Of a DNA stretch of 64,000 nt, positions 1 to 10,593 are shown one piece after another. How positions within the stretch are numbered: position 1 is the first letter of the stretch; every line of letters begins with the position of its first letter. Below the pieces are notes generated by a model. It did no database searches. It saw nothing but the letters and a program-made list of their open reading frames with translations, and was not told where the DNA came from. Position numbers and translations under genes: made by a program. Origin of the DNA: Rickettsiales bacterium (lineage in GTDB: Bacteria > Pseudomonadota > Alphaproteobacteria > Rickettsiales > UBA998); NCBI GenBank assembly GCA_965248995.1, contig CBDFKY010000004.1, positions 42,178-106,177 on the forward strand. Reading direction: 5' to 3'.

Positions 1-1
1 C

Positions 2-2770
2 CGCGTGCTGATCATGTCCACCAACAACATTCTCTCACCTGCCAACGGTAAGCCGATCATCGTGCCGACGCAGGATATCGTACTTGGTATCTATTATCTG
101 TCGCTGGAGACGGACGGGGATATCGGGGAGGGAATGGTGTTCGCCAACATGAACGAAGTGCGTCATGCGCTGGAGAATAAAACCATTACGCTGCACAGCC
201 GCGTTAAAGCGCGTTTCAGCCGTCACGACCAGAACGACCAGCTGATTACGGAAGTAATCGACTGTACCGCCGGGCGTCTGCTGATTGCGGATCTGCTGCC
301 GAAAAACCGTAACATCAGTTATCAGCTGGTGAACCAGTTGCTGACGAAGAAAGTGATCGGCGGCGTGATCGATACGATCTACCGCCATTGCGGCCAGAAA
401 GAAACGGTCATTTTTGCCGACCGCGTCATGAAGATTGGGTTCGAACATGCGTGCCGTGCCGGTATCTCGTTCGGGAAGGATGATATGATCGTGCCGAGAT
501 CGAAGGATAAGCATATCACCAACACGCTGGGTGAAGTGAAACAGTTCGAGCAGCAATATGCAGACGGTTTGATCACGTCGGGTGAAAAATATAACAAGGT
601 GATCGATGCGTGGTCACACTGCACGGAAAAAGTGGCGGAAGACATGATGTCTGAGATTTCGGGCATCGGGACGAAAGTCGGGGAACGTTCCGCCAAGAAA
701 ATCAATTCCATCTACATGATGGCACATTCCGGAGCCCGTGGTTCTGCGGCGCAGATCAAACAGCTCGCCGGAATGCGCGGATTGATGGCGAAACCTTCCG
801 GGGAAATTATCGAAACACCGATCATCTCCAACTTTAAAGAAGGCCTGAACGTACTGGAATACTTCAACTCTTCGCATGGAGCCCGTAAAGGCCTCGCGGA
901 TACGGCGCTGAAAACCGCCAATTCGGGGTATCTGACCCGGCGTCTGGTGGACGTGGCGCAGGATTGTATCGTCGTGGAAGAAGACTGCACTTCCGAGGAC
1001 GGCGTCGTCATGAAAGCCATCATCGAAGGCGGGGAGGTCATCGTCGAACTGGCTGACAAGATTCTCGGTCGTACTTCCGCGAAAGATGTGCTGCACCCGA
1101 CCACTGGCGAAGTGCTGATTTCCGCGGGGCAGCTGGTTGACGAGCGCATCGTGGCGAAGGTGGATGAAGCGGGCGTGGAAGCGATCATGGTGCGCTCCGT
1201 GCTGACCTGCCAGAGTGAAAACGGCGTCTGCGCGAAATGTTACGGGCGGGATCTGGCGCGTGGTACTCCGGTCAACGTGGGTGAAGCGGTCGGCGTTATC
1301 GCGGCGCAGTCGATCGGTGAGCCGGGTACGCAACTTACGATGCGCACTTTCCACATCGGCGGCGCGGCCCAACGTGGCGCGGAGCAGAGCAACGTGGAAG
1401 CCTCGCATGACGGCAAGATCGAGCTCAGTAATAAAAACGTGGTGATCGACTCCCAAGGCCGGCGCGTGGTGATGAGCCGGACCTGTGAACTGATCCTGCG
1501 GGATGAAACGGGCCGCGAAAAGGCGCGTCACAAAGTGCCTTACGGCGCGCGCGTGCTGTTTGATGAAGGAACGGCCGCAAAACGTGGTGACCGTCTGGCG
1601 GAGTGGGATCCTTACACGATTCCCATCATTACCGAAAAAAGCGGGATAGCGCGTTACCGGGATCTGATGGGCGGCGTTTCCCTGAGGGAGATCATGGATG
1701 AAGCGACAGGTCTGACCAGTAAAGTGGTCATCGACTGGCGCCAGCAGACTCGCGGTGCCGATTTGAAGCCACGGATCGCCTTGCGTGACGAAAAGGATGA
1801 AATCATCACCCTCGCCAACGGTCTGGAAGCACGCTATTTCCTTGCAGTGGATGCGATTTTGAACGTCGAAGACGGCCAGAAAGTCCATGCGGGAGACGTA
1901 CTGGCGCGTATTCCGCGTGAATCCAGCAAAACGCGGGATATTACCGGAGGTCTGCCACGGGTGGCGGAACTGTTCGAGGCACGCAAACCCAAGGATCACG
2001 CCATCATCAGCGAGATCGAGGGGACCGTGGCGTTCGGCAAGGATTACAAAGCCAAGCGTCGCCTGATCATCCATCCCAAGGATGAGTCGATCGAGCCGGT
2101 GGAATATATGATTCCGAAAGGCAAGCTGATTACCGTACAGGAAGGGGATTACGTCCAGAAAGGGGATCTGCTGATCGACGGAAATCCGGTACCGCACGAT
2201 ATTTTGAAGGTAATGGGCGTGGAAGCGCTCGCCCATTATATGATCAATGAAGTGCAGCAGGTCTACCGCCTGCAAGGGGTGACGATCAACGACAAGCATA
2301 TCGAAGTGATCGTGCACCAGATGCTCCAGAAGATCGAGATTTCCGATACAGGTGACAGTACGTACGTCATGGAAGAACTGGTGGATCGTGATGATCTGGA
2401 TGAGACGAACGCTAAGCTGCGTGACCTGAATCTGCGTACCGCGCACGGATCGCATGTGCTGCAGGGGATTACTAAAGCGTCCCTGCAGACACGCTCATTC
2501 ATTTCGGCGGCATCGTTCCAGGAAACGACCCGGGTACTGACGGAAGCGGCGGTGGCAGGTAAGATGGATCGTCTGGTCGGTTTGAAAGAAAACGTGATCG
2601 TCGGGCGGTTGATCCCGGCGGGAACCGGTGCGGTGGTGCGCAAGTATAAGAAGATCGCCGCGGCGCGTGATCGTGAGATCGAATCCACCATGCCCGATCA
2701 GCATGATTACATCGAAGAGATGGACCCGATGGCCATCGAAGCGATGATTGCAGGGGACAACGCGGCGTAG
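2..2770 (+). CDS. rpoC: DNA-directed RNA polymerase beta' subunit, 5'-truncated by the window edge
   Basis: Motifs [82 protein letters not shown]. Confidence 0.99.
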   Translation, partial: RVLIMSTNNILSPANGKPIIVPTQDIVLGIYYLSLETDGDIGEGMVFANMNEVRHALENKTITLHSRVKARFSRHDQNDQLITEVIDCTAGRLLIADLLPKNRNISYQLVNQLLTKKVIGGVIDTIYRHCGQKETVIFADRVMKIGFEHACRAGISFGKDDMIVPRSKDKHITNTLGEVKQFEQQYADGLITSGEKYNKVIDAWSHCTEKVAEDMMSEISGIGTKVGERSAKKINSIYMMAHSGARGSAAQIKQLAGMRGLMAKPSGEIIETPIISNFKEGLNVLEYFNSSHGARKGLADTALKTANSGYLTRRLVDVAQDCIVVEEDCTSEDGVVMKAIIEGGEVIVELADKILGRTSAKDVLHPTTGEVLISAGQLVDERIVAKVDEAGVEAIMVRSVLTCQSENGVCAKCYGRDLARGTPVNVGEAVGVIAAQSIGEPGTQLTMRTFHIGGAAQRGAEQSNVEASHDGKIELSNKNVVIDSQGRRVVMSRTCELILRDETGREKARHKVPYGARVLFDEGTAAKRGDRLAEWDPYTIPIITEKSGIARYRDLMGGVSLREIMDEATGLTSKVVIDWRQQTRGADLKPRIALRDEKDEIITLANGLEARYFLAVDAILNVEDGQKVHAGDVLARIPRESSKTRDITGGLPRVAELFEARKPKDHAIISEIEGTVAFGKDYKAKRRLIIHPKDESIEPVEYMIPKGKLITVQEGDYVQKGDLLIDGNPVPHDILKVMGVEALAHYMINEVQQVYRLQGVTINDKHIEVIVHQMLQKIEISDTGDSTYVMEELVDRDDLDETNAKLRDLNLRTAHGSHVLQGITKASLQTRSFISAASFQETTRVLTEAAVAGKMDRLVGLKENVIVGRLIPAGTGAVVRKYKKIAAARDREIESTMPDQHDYIEEMDPMAIEAMIAGDNAA

Positions 2771-2775
2771 GCATC

Positions 2776-3381
2776 ATGTTTACGGGTATTGTTTCCGCTA
2801 TCGGAACGGTGAAGGAAGTAGTAGAGCGAGGCAATGAACGTCAATTCGTCATTGCCTCGCCTTATGTTTTGGAAAGCATTGCCATCGGCGCTTCCATCGC
2901 ACATGACGGATGCTGCCTGACCGTGACGGAAACCGGTGAAACCGCAGGGTGCTGGCATCGGGTGGATGTTTCGCCCCATACTCTGGACCACACGACGCTT
3001 GGCGACTGGCAGGTGGGACAACAGGTTAATCTGGAGCGGGCGCTGCGAGCGGGTGATGAGCTCGGCGGGCATATGGTAAGCGGGCATGTGGACGGGGTGG
3101 CTTATATCATCGCCCTGCAATCCGAAGGTGAGAGCGTTCATTATACGATGGAAGTGCCTGAGAACTTTATGAAATATATTGCGAACAAGGGGTCGGTTAC
3201 GCTGGACGGCGTATCTCTTACCGTAACATGGGTACAGAATAACCAGTTCGGCCTTACTTTGATCCCCCATACCCTCCAAGCCACCACATGGGGAAACAGA
3301 CAAGCCGGCGATAAGCTTAATCTGGAAGTGGATATGCTCGCGCGTTATGTTGAGCGTATGATGCCCGGAGCATCTTTTTAA
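2776..3381 (+). CDS. ribE: Riboflavin synthase (alpha chain)
   Basis: N-terminal MFTGIV, GCCLTV, VNLERAL, GGHMVSGHVDG, KGSVTLDGVSLTV, NLEVDMLARY. Confidence 0.97.
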   Translation: MFTGIVSAIGTVKEVVERGNERQFVIASPYVLESIAIGASIAHDGCCLTVTETGETAGCWHRVDVSPHTLDHTTLGDWQVGQQVNLERALRAGDELGGHMVSGHVDGVAYIIALQSEGESVHYTMEVPENFMKYIANKGSVTLDGVSLTVTWVQNNQFGLTLIPHTLQATTWGNRQAGDKLNLEVDMLARYVERMMPGASF

Positions 3382-3396
3382 GAGTGATTCAGAAAA

Positions 3397-4053
3397 ATGA
3401 TAAAAGAACAAATTATTGCGCAAGTTGACCAGTTAGTTCAAAGCGGGCAGGGCTTGTTAGGAATAGCCAGACGAAGCAATTACGGTTCTTACTATGAGGA
3501 AAGCCAAAAAGTCCCGGTTCTTAGCTGGAAGAATAGTGTTGAATTTGCGGTTCATACCCTGCTACCTGAAGGACATCTTTTTAAAAAAAATCTTCAAACT
3601 CTTTACTCAGCTGAAAAAGACCTTTTTGATAGTGTTCAGGAAATTATTGCCTTGCTGATGTCTTTCAAGGAGGCGCTGGCCGCCGGGTATCTTTTTTCGT
3701 GGGAATATGAAGTATCGGCAACAGATTTTTCCGATTTTCTGGATCACGCGAAATTTTATCATGGTAGAAATCAAAAAGAATATGCTGCCGTCATCGCCAG
3801 TGCCGTGTTGGAAGACACTATCAAGAAAATAGCGAAGAAGCACGATCTTGATACTTCAGGCACACTAGACCCATTAGTTGAACGTTTGGCACAAGCAAAC
3901 GTGTTCAGCCCAATACGCAAAAAAGAACTCTTGGTTTTATTAGGCATCCGTAACAGCGCGTTGCACGCAAAATGGAATGAAATAGATAATCGCCTAGTAG
4001 GAAAGTTAATCGAAGAAGTGAAACAACTTATTGATAAGCATTTGTATGAATGA
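3397..4053 (+). CDS. HEPN-superfamily (DUF4145-like) protein
   Basis: AAVIASAVLE helix followed by an RNSALH (R-x4-H) motif; AT-richer than flanking genes. Confidence 0.65.
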   Translation: MIKEQIIAQVDQLVQSGQGLLGIARRSNYGSYYEESQKVPVLSWKNSVEFAVHTLLPEGHLFKKNLQTLYSAEKDLFDSVQEIIALLMSFKEALAAGYLFSWEYEVSATDFSDFLDHAKFYHGRNQKEYAAVIASAVLEDTIKKIAKKHDLDTSGTLDPLVERLAQANVFSPIRKKELLVLLGIRNSALHAKWNEIDNRLVGKLIEEVKQLIDKHLYE

Positions 4054-4080
4054 ATTCAGCTTGTATAATCTGTCATTATC

Positions 4081-5184
4081 ATGACCCTTTCCTCCATCGA
4101 AACCATCCTTGAAGATGCGAGAAACGGCCGCATGTTCATCCTCGTCGACGATGAAGACCGCGAGAATGAAGGAGACCTGGTCATCGCCGCCGAGTTCGCC
4201 GACGCCGCCGCCATCAATTTCATGGCGAGATACGGGCGGGGGTTGATCTGCCTGCCGCTGAAAGGAACGCAGATACGGAGGCTCGGACTGCCGCCGATGG
4301 CGCGGCATAACGGCTCACGCCATGAAACGGCGTTTACCGTGTCCATCGAGGCCAGGGAAGGGATCACCACCGGTATTTCAGCCGCCGACCGCGCCCATAC
4401 CATCAGGACGGCGATTCAGCTGGAAGCGCGCGCAGAAGCGATCGTTTCGCCGGGGCATGTCTTTCCGCTGGAAGCACGGAGCGGCGGAGTGCTGGTGCGG
4501 GCCGGGCATACGGAAGCGGCGGTGGATATCGCCCGGCTGGCGGGGCTGATTCCGGCCGGCGTCATCTGCGAAATCATGAAAGATGACGGGGAGATGGCGC
4601 GGCTGCCGGATCTTATCCCGTTCGCCAAAGAACATGGCCTTAATATCGCCACGATCGCCGATCTCATCGCGTACCGGCGGCGGCAGGAGAAGCTGGTCAC
4701 GCGTACGCATACTTCCGTTTTCAACAGTGTGCACGGGGGTACGTTTATTCTGCATCTCTATACGAATACCCTCGAATATGCCGAACATATCGCACTGGTG
4801 AAAGGCGACATCGCCGCTCATAACGCGCCTTTGGTACGGATGCATACACTGGATATTCTCTGCGACGCACTCGGCGATGCCCAGCATTCCCGCAGCGGGC
4901 AGCTGCAATCCGCGATGCAGATGCTGGAGAACCATGGTTGCGGCATCCTCGTGCTGCTCCGTCCGCCCGTTCGCAACGCGTTGTCCCTGCGGCTCGGCGC
5001 GGAGGACAAGGAGCAGAAGGATTTACGGGAATACGGTATCGGCGCGCAGATACTCAAGGATCTGGGGGTCAGCCGGATGCAGCTGCTGACCAATCATCCC
5101 CGTCAGGTAGTTGGTCTTGAGGGATACGGGCTTGAAATCGTCGACTATGTCCCCTTGGCGGGCATTGCACCCGCGCCACTATAA
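4081..5184 (+). CDS. ribB: 3,4-dihydroxy-2-butanone-4-phosphate synthase fused to a degenerate GTP cyclohydrolase II-like domain (RibBA/RibBX type)
   Basis: DDEDRENEGDL, GLICL, FTVSIEA, GHVFPL, RAGHTEA, GVICEI; C-terminal REYGIGAQIL domain lacks the Zn-binding cysteine motif. Confidence 0.95.
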   Translation: MTLSSIETILEDARNGRMFILVDDEDRENEGDLVIAAEFADAAAINFMARYGRGLICLPLKGTQIRRLGLPPMARHNGSRHETAFTVSIEAREGITTGISAADRAHTIRTAIQLEARAEAIVSPGHVFPLEARSGGVLVRAGHTEAAVDIARLAGLIPAGVICEIMKDDGEMARLPDLIPFAKEHGLNIATIADLIAYRRRQEKLVTRTHTSVFNSVHGGTFILHLYTNTLEYAEHIALVKGDIAAHNAPLVRMHTLDILCDALGDAQHSRSGQLQSAMQMLENHGCGILVLLRPPVRNALSLRLGAEDKEQKDLREYGIGAQILKDLGVSRMQLLTNHPRQVVGLEGYGLEIVDYVPLAGIAPAPL

Positions 5185-5260
5185 AAAAACAATCGGATTC
5201 TTTTCGCCGATTATCCTTTCTAATTTATTGAAGAGAATAAAAAACGGCATACGCTCCATT

Positions 5261-5299
5261 TTAATCTAAGATTATCCTATGTGATTAACAGTTCGTTAG
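5261..5299. promoter_or_regulatory. Two CtrA-like boxes upstream of flagellin
   Basis: TTAA-N7-TTAT at 5261-5275 and TTAA-N7-TTAG at 5285-5299, each one mismatch from TTAA-N7-TTAA; AT-rich context weakens this. Confidence 0.4.
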
Positions 5300-5394
5300 T
5301 AAATATATGGTAAAAATAGGTCTATGCGATAGTATGTCGTATATTTCTTTTGAACATGTAGTTCATCATTCATCAATCCAAGTAGGAGAATAAA

Positions 5395-8304
5395 ATGGCT
5401 CTCAATTCTATCAATACCAATATTGCGGCGCTCGCGGCGCAGGCAAACATCGGCAGAGCGTCCACAGCGGCCGGCTCTTCCATCGCCCGTCTGTCGAGCG
5501 GTAACCGCATCGTGCACGCATCCGACGACGTGGCATCCGTATCCGCGGGTACGTCACTGCGTACGACGGTCACTACACTGAAAACCGCATTGCTCAACAC
5601 GTCTCAGGGTTCTTCCCTGCTGCAGGTGGCTGACGGTGCACTTTCACAGATCACCGACATCCTGCAACGGCAGAAAGCAATTGCAGTTCAAGCCGGTTCC
5701 GGTACGCTTACTTCCACTGACCGCTCTTTCCTTAATCAGGAATTCTCGAATCTGACGGAAGAGGTGCAGCGCCTTTCCACGAAAACAAACTTCAACGGCG
5801 TGTCTTTGCTGGATGGTATCTTGACCAAAACGGTTGATGCGAAAGCTGTTTCCACCAATGCATCGCTTGCTACTGCTACCTTTGCTTTTAACACCAACGC
5901 TGCAGCGGGTCAGACTGTCATCATCAACAACCAGACCTTTACAGCGGTTGCTGCGGCTCCTGCTGCGGGTCAGTTCCTGATTGGTACAACCGTATTGGAT
6001 ACGGTTTCCAATCTGGCATCTGCATTGAATGCTTCCACTAACTTAAACATTAGCAGTGCGAAGTACGGGGCAGTCGGTAACACGCTGACCATTACTTCTA
6101 AAGCAGGTGGTTTAAATTCGCAGGATTTCATCATTGATGCACGTAACACACTCTCTACATATACAAGTGTTGCGGCCAGTAACGCGTCTCTGAACGGTCC
6201 TGATTCAGGATCATACACGAACGTGTTTCAGGTGGCACTTGGTGCTACGGATACCACCTCTTCCGTGGTCGCTCTTGCGGTAGGTACGGCACTTCAGGGT
6301 ATTTCCAACACAGGTGGTAACGCGCTGAACGCAACCGTAGGCGGTGTGGTAAACACCCTCTATACTGTTGCAACTGGTGACTCACTGCAAAACATCGCTG
6401 ACAAGATCAACGCTAACACCTCAGTACATGGTATTACGGCGCAGATTGTCGGTTCTTCCGGTCAGTACAACATCCAGCTGCGCCATAAACAGCCCGATTT
6501 GGATAACGCCGCTGCGGCAGCAACGGGTGGTGATATTACGCTGACTGCTGTCGGTACGTTCTTCACCGGTTCACGTAACAATGTCGGTGTGGCTACGGTA
6601 GCAACTGTGGCAGCCAACACGATCCACGTACAGGAAACTGGACTGGGTGGTGGTGATACCACAGGCCTGAGCGCTGGTGATACGGTGGGTATCGGTACCA
6701 TCGGTAACAATCTTGTCAACGACCAGAACCAGTCAAAATCCGTGGTTAACATTCTGTTTCCGCCGATTGCTTCTGCATCACTTGCAACCACATTGGCACC
6801 TACCGCATTAACGGCGGTACAGATCCAGATTGGTGACCCGACCACTTCCGCCGCTGCTCTCCCGCAACCTATCGAACTGGCGACCTTTACGTTTACTAAT
6901 AACTCCAAGGCATCTGCGTCATCTACGGAAATTTCCATCGGTTCCACGCTGGAAGAGACCATTGATAATGCGGCCTCTGCTATCAACAAGTTTGTGGGTA
7001 CAGGTACCAACAATTTTGACTTGAACCAGATTCATGCCTATCGCAATGGTCAAACCCTTGTGATTGAAAGCAACAAAGCCGGTTCAACCACTCACCTGGA
7101 TAACACCGTGGGTGCTGCGGCAGTGGTTCCTGTCGGGGTCGGTTTGAACGGTGCGTTCGCAGCGGCAGGCGTTTCGGTGACAAACGCTGGTAACGTCAGC
7201 AATGGTTCTACCACAGGCGTCAATACCAACAGCGTGACCAACAAAGACTTTATTGGTAAAATCAGTGGCTTTACTGCAACTGCGACCGGTGCTGCCAATA
7301 CCGTCAATGCACAGGTCACTGTGGGTGCCTTTACGTATACGGCAACAAACATCACCACCAACCCCGTTGCTAACACAACTGTGCGCTTCAGCAGTACAGT
7401 GGATGGTGGCGGTTTCTTTGACGTGCAGTTGCGTGCCAATGCGGGGACAGCCGTAAATTCACAAACGGATGCGAACACGTTCTCATCCCGTTTGAACGGT
7501 GCCTTTTCTACCCTGAACTTCTTCCAGACACGGGACGTTTCCAGCTATAAAGGGACTGATCCAGTGGTGGCGGACGGCATCGTGACAGGCAGCTTGCTGG
7601 GTTCCAGCGTGCGTGTTGCCGGAAACGATTTCTCTTCGGTGAAGATCAATAATGTTTCTGTACAGGCTCCTGTTGGTAGCAGCACGAATGGTTCCATCAG
7701 CTTTACCATCAACGGAGAGCAATATAGTTCTCAGTTGTCTCTGGGAAGCAAGCTGGGCGCCAATCAGGCTTACAAGTTCGTCAGCGCAAGCGATGCGAAC
7801 AAGTTCCTCCAGTTCACTACCGGTGATTCTACCATTGATTTCGGAACGGCTTCCAAAGCGGCTGCTTTCCAGAAATCCCTCGAAACTGCTTTCGGGGTCG
7901 GAACCAGCAATAATGCGCTGTCCTTCCAGGTGGGTGTGAACTCCAGTGACTCACTGGCGATCGGCCTCAGCGGCGTGACTACCAATGATCTTGGCACTAC
8001 CAATCTGGATGTGTTGACGCAGGCCGATGCGGCCACTGCGGCGGATACGATCGATACCGCCCTGAACAAGGTGACGTCGGTCCGTGCGGAAGTGGGTGCG
8101 TTGCAATCACGCTTCAACTTCGCGGCGGCCAACGTCGAGAGCTCGATTTCCAACCAGGATGCCGCTCGCGGCGTACTGCTGGATACCGACATCGCGGCGG
8201 AATCCACGGCGTTCTCTACGGCACAGGTGCAACTGCAGGCAGGTATCTCCGTACTTGCTCAGGCAAACCAGCTGCCACAAAGCCTGCTGAAACTGATTCA
8301 GTAG
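5395..8304 (+). CDS. fliC: Flagellin, 969 aa with a very large central variable region
   Basis: N-terminal SINTNIAAL..RLSSGNRI..DD..LLQVADGAL..TNFNG; C-terminal FQVG..RAEVGALQSRF..DTDIAAE..QAGISVLAQANQLPQSLLKLIQ; AGGAG RBS. Confidence 0.97.
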   Translation: MALNSINTNIAALAAQANIGRASTAAGSSIARLSSGNRIVHASDDVASVSAGTSLRTTVTTLKTALLNTSQGSSLLQVADGALSQITDILQRQKAIAVQAGSGTLTSTDRSFLNQEFSNLTEEVQRLSTKTNFNGVSLLDGILTKTVDAKAVSTNASLATATFAFNTNAAAGQTVIINNQTFTAVAAAPAAGQFLIGTTVLDTVSNLASALNASTNLNISSAKYGAVGNTLTITSKAGGLNSQDFIIDARNTLSTYTSVAASNASLNGPDSGSYTNVFQVALGATDTTSSVVALAVGTALQGISNTGGNALNATVGGVVNTLYTVATGDSLQNIADKINANTSVHGITAQIVGSSGQYNIQLRHKQPDLDNAAAAATGGDITLTAVGTFFTGSRNNVGVATVATVAANTIHVQETGLGGGDTTGLSAGDTVGIGTIGNNLVNDQNQSKSVVNILFPPIASASLATTLAPTALTAVQIQIGDPTTSAAALPQPIELATFTFTNNSKASASSTEISIGSTLEETIDNAASAINKFVGTGTNNFDLNQIHAYRNGQTLVIESNKAGSTTHLDNTVGAAAVVPVGVGLNGAFAAAGVSVTNAGNVSNGSTTGVNTNSVTNKDFIGKISGFTATATGAANTVNAQVTVGAFTYTATNITTNPVANTTVRFSSTVDGGGFFDVQLRANAGTAVNSQTDANTFSSRLNGAFSTLNFFQTRDVSSYKGTDPVVADGIVTGSLLGSSVRVAGNDFSSVKINNVSVQAPVGSSTNGSISFTINGEQYSSQLSLGSKLGANQAYKFVSASDANKFLQFTTGDSTIDFGTASKAAAFQKSLETAFGVGTSNNALSFQVGVNSSDSLAIGLSGVTTNDLGTTNLDVLTQADAATAADTIDTALNKVTSVRAEVGALQSRFNFAAANVESSISNQDAARGVLLDTDIAAESTAFSTAQVQLQAGISVLAQANQLPQSLLKLIQ

Positions 8305-8313
8305 TCTGAATAA

Positions 8314-8349
8314 AGCGAGGGGGATGCAGGAAACCGTATCCCCCTCGCT
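8314..8349 (+). terminator. Strong GC hairpin after flagellin (terminator or mRNA stabiliser)
   Basis: AGCGAGGGGGATGC-loop-GTATCCCCCTCGCT; no clear U-tract on the + strand. Confidence 0.7.
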
Positions 8350-8381
8350 AAACTAACCATCCGGTTTCTAAGGGAATTCAT

Positions 8382-8756
8382 ATGGACATCGCAAACATAC
8401 TTCCAAACACCCGTCCCACGGTTGATGCGTATAATACGACGCAGCAGTCATCCGCTTTCCCCACTAAAAAATCAAACACGGTGGAAGGCCAGGTACAGAT
8501 TCCCGCAGTGGAACGGGTGGATTTACGAAGCGTGGATAATAAACGCCTCGATGACATCCAGAAAACCATTGAACAGCCGGCATTCAAGGAAGTGTACGCG
8601 GTAAGTGACAAGACATTCACTATTTTCAAGGACAGCAGCGGTCAATATATCACACGCTATACCAGTCTGCGTGATGGATCGGTCAGTTATGTGCCGGAGC
8701 CGGCCATTCTGAATTTCTCAGGCGGCAGTGAGCATTATTTCGCCGTACACGCGTAA
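8382..8756 (+). CDS. FlaG-like small flagellar protein
   Basis: Lies between flagellin and fliD; C-terminal FTIFKDSSGQYITRY..DGSVSYVPEPAIL loosely fits the FlaG pattern. Confidence 0.5.
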   Translation: MDIANILPNTRPTVDAYNTTQQSSAFPTKKSNTVEGQVQIPAVERVDLRSVDNKRLDDIQKTIEQPAFKEVYAVSDKTFTIFKDSSGQYITRYTSLRDGSVSYVPEPAILNFSGGSEHYFAVHA

Positions 8757-8760
8757 AGAC

Positions 8761-8776
8761 TGGCATGTAACGTGCA
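8761..8776 (+). promoter_or_regulatory. Sigma54 (-24/-12) promoter upstream of fliD
   Basis: TGGCATGTAACGTGCA = GG-N10-GC, 43 nt before the fliD start. Confidence 0.6.
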
Positions 8777-8818
8777 GGTAGCACGTCAATGCATCGAATA
8801 AAAAAAGGCAGGTAGCAT

Positions 8819-10582
8819 ATGGTCACGCAAATTCAATTAGGAAATATCTTTCAGGAAAACGGCCGCACGGTGGTAGGCGGCACTTCTTCAGGGATCGATA
8901 CGCAGGCGCTGGTCAAGGGATTGACCGATGCCAAGCGGTTACCGGCGGTCACTCTGGAAAAAACGATCGCCAGCAATACGAAAATCTCCAGTGCGCTCGG
9001 TGATTTGAAAGACCTGGTTAAAAAATTCCAGGACGCGGCGAATTTCCTGCGCAATCCTCCCGGAGTAGGGAATGCCGGCGATGATATTTTCAAATACCGC
9101 ACCGCGGACATCACGTCCAACAGCAGCGTGGCGGGCAGTACATATATCGGAATAACGGCGGAACCCGGCACATCCGCGAACACGTATGACATCAAAGTAA
9201 ACCAGCTGGCGACGAACAGCGTTTACACCACCAACACGTTCGCACTCACCGATACGAATACCGCCGTAGTGGGAACGGGGGCAGGGGACGCGCTTAGAGC
9301 CGGCCCGCTGGCGCTCGGCGCAAGCGGTACGTCGGTCACCTTGAATAACGGCGATACGCTGAGCGACGTCATCAACAAGATCAACGCGGTAAAGGATACC
9401 TCCGGGGTGGAGGCGGTCGCCATCAAAGTGGCCACCGGACAATATCGCCTGTCACTGAAAACGCTCAATACCGGAGCGGACCAGAACTATACGCCTACCG
9501 CGGCGACATTCTCGAACGTCGGGTTCGCGATTTCCACCGCCGCTACGGATGCCTCGATCGATTTTGACGGTACCACCATCACGCGTCATACCAACAGTCT
9601 GGACGACGTGGTGACCGGGGTCACGTTCAACCTCCTGCAGGCGACTCCGTCCGGTACCGATGTCAAGGTCGCTATCAAGCCGGATACGACGCTGGTCAAG
9701 AACGGCATCAGCAACTTCGTCAACGCCTACAACGAACTACGCTTTTTCGCGGCACGGCAGACGGAAGTGGACGACAGCGGAAAACCGGCGGATACGGCGG
9801 TGCTGTATGGCAACTCCACCCTGTCCCTGTCCCGCTCACAGATCGAGAGCGAAATTTCAGGGATCGTCAAGGGGGTCGCAGCCGGTGATCCTTCACGACT
9901 GGCGGATCTGGGCATCACGTTTGCCGACGCCCCTAAAGACGATAAGAATCCGGAAACGAAAAACATTCTGGTGGTGGACGAGGCCAAGCTGGACTCGGCG
10001 ATTTCCTCCAACTTCAACGCGGTGCAGAAAGTCTTCGAATTCGACTATTCTTCCGACAACTCCAATCTCCAGGTGTTCCAACGCACCAACGGTCTGGGCA
10101 TTTCCGCGTTCAAGCTGAACGTCAACCAGACGACCGGCGTCTATCAGGCCAGTTATGATGACGATAACGACCCTCTTACCGCCGACAAGGTCATTGCGTT
10201 GGACGGTACACCCGTGACTTCCGGCACCGGTGTGGTGCTCAAAGGTCAGAAAGGGACGGTACTGGACGGGTTGACGCTGATTTACAATGGTACGGATAAT
10301 CCTACCATCAACGTGAACATCAGCCAGGGGATTGGCGACAGACTGTATAATGCGGCATCTAACCTGCTGGATGAAAGCAGCGGCGCCGTGGCAGTTGAAA
10401 TCACGTCCCTTGCCGACAAGAATACGCGTATCCAGAAAGATATCGACCGTATCGACGATCAGGTCAACACCTACCGTGACCGGTTGCTCAATCAATATGC
10501 GGCGCTGGAATCATCCATCTCCCAGGCCAATAATCTCCTTGCCTCACTGGATGCGCAGTCCAAGGCGCGTAACCAGAATTAA
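8819..10582 (+). CDS. fliD: Flagellar filament cap protein
   Basis: SGIDTQALV, YDIKVNQLA, DASIDFDGTTITRHTNS, GVTFNL, FVNAYNEL, LADLGI, C-terminal QYAALES coil. Confidence 0.93.
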   Translation: MVTQIQLGNIFQENGRTVVGGTSSGIDTQALVKGLTDAKRLPAVTLEKTIASNTKISSALGDLKDLVKKFQDAANFLRNPPGVGNAGDDIFKYRTADITSNSSVAGSTYIGITAEPGTSANTYDIKVNQLATNSVYTTNTFALTDTNTAVVGTGAGDALRAGPLALGASGTSVTLNNGDTLSDVINKINAVKDTSGVEAVAIKVATGQYRLSLKTLNTGADQNYTPTAATFSNVGFAISTAATDASIDFDGTTITRHTNSLDDVVTGVTFNLLQATPSGTDVKVAIKPDTTLVKNGISNFVNAYNELRFFAARQTEVDDSGKPADTAVLYGNSTLSLSRSQIESEISGIVKGVAAGDPSRLADLGITFADAPKDDKNPETKNILVVDEAKLDSAISSNFNAVQKVFEFDYSSDNSNLQVFQRTNGLGISAFKLNVNQTTGVYQASYDDDNDPLTADKVIALDGTPVTSGTGVVLKGQKGTVLDGLTLIYNGTDNPTINVNISQGIGDRLYNAASNLLDESSGAVAVEITSLADKNTRIQKDIDRIDDQVNTYRDRLLNQYAALESSISQANNLLASLDAQSKARNQN

Positions 10583-10593
10583 AGGAACAGATC

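Noticed and set aside
614-2455. Long antisense or alternative-frame ORFs (e.g. 614-2455, 24631-25671, 25619-26791, 47082-48263, 52570-53697)
   Set aside because: Shadows of well-supported genes in GC-rich coding DNA, with no motifs of their own.
5181-5214. Sigma28 promoter (GCCGATTA) upstream of flagellin
   Set aside because: No TAAA at the required 15-nt spacing; the sequence is also one arm of a short inverted repeat after ribB.
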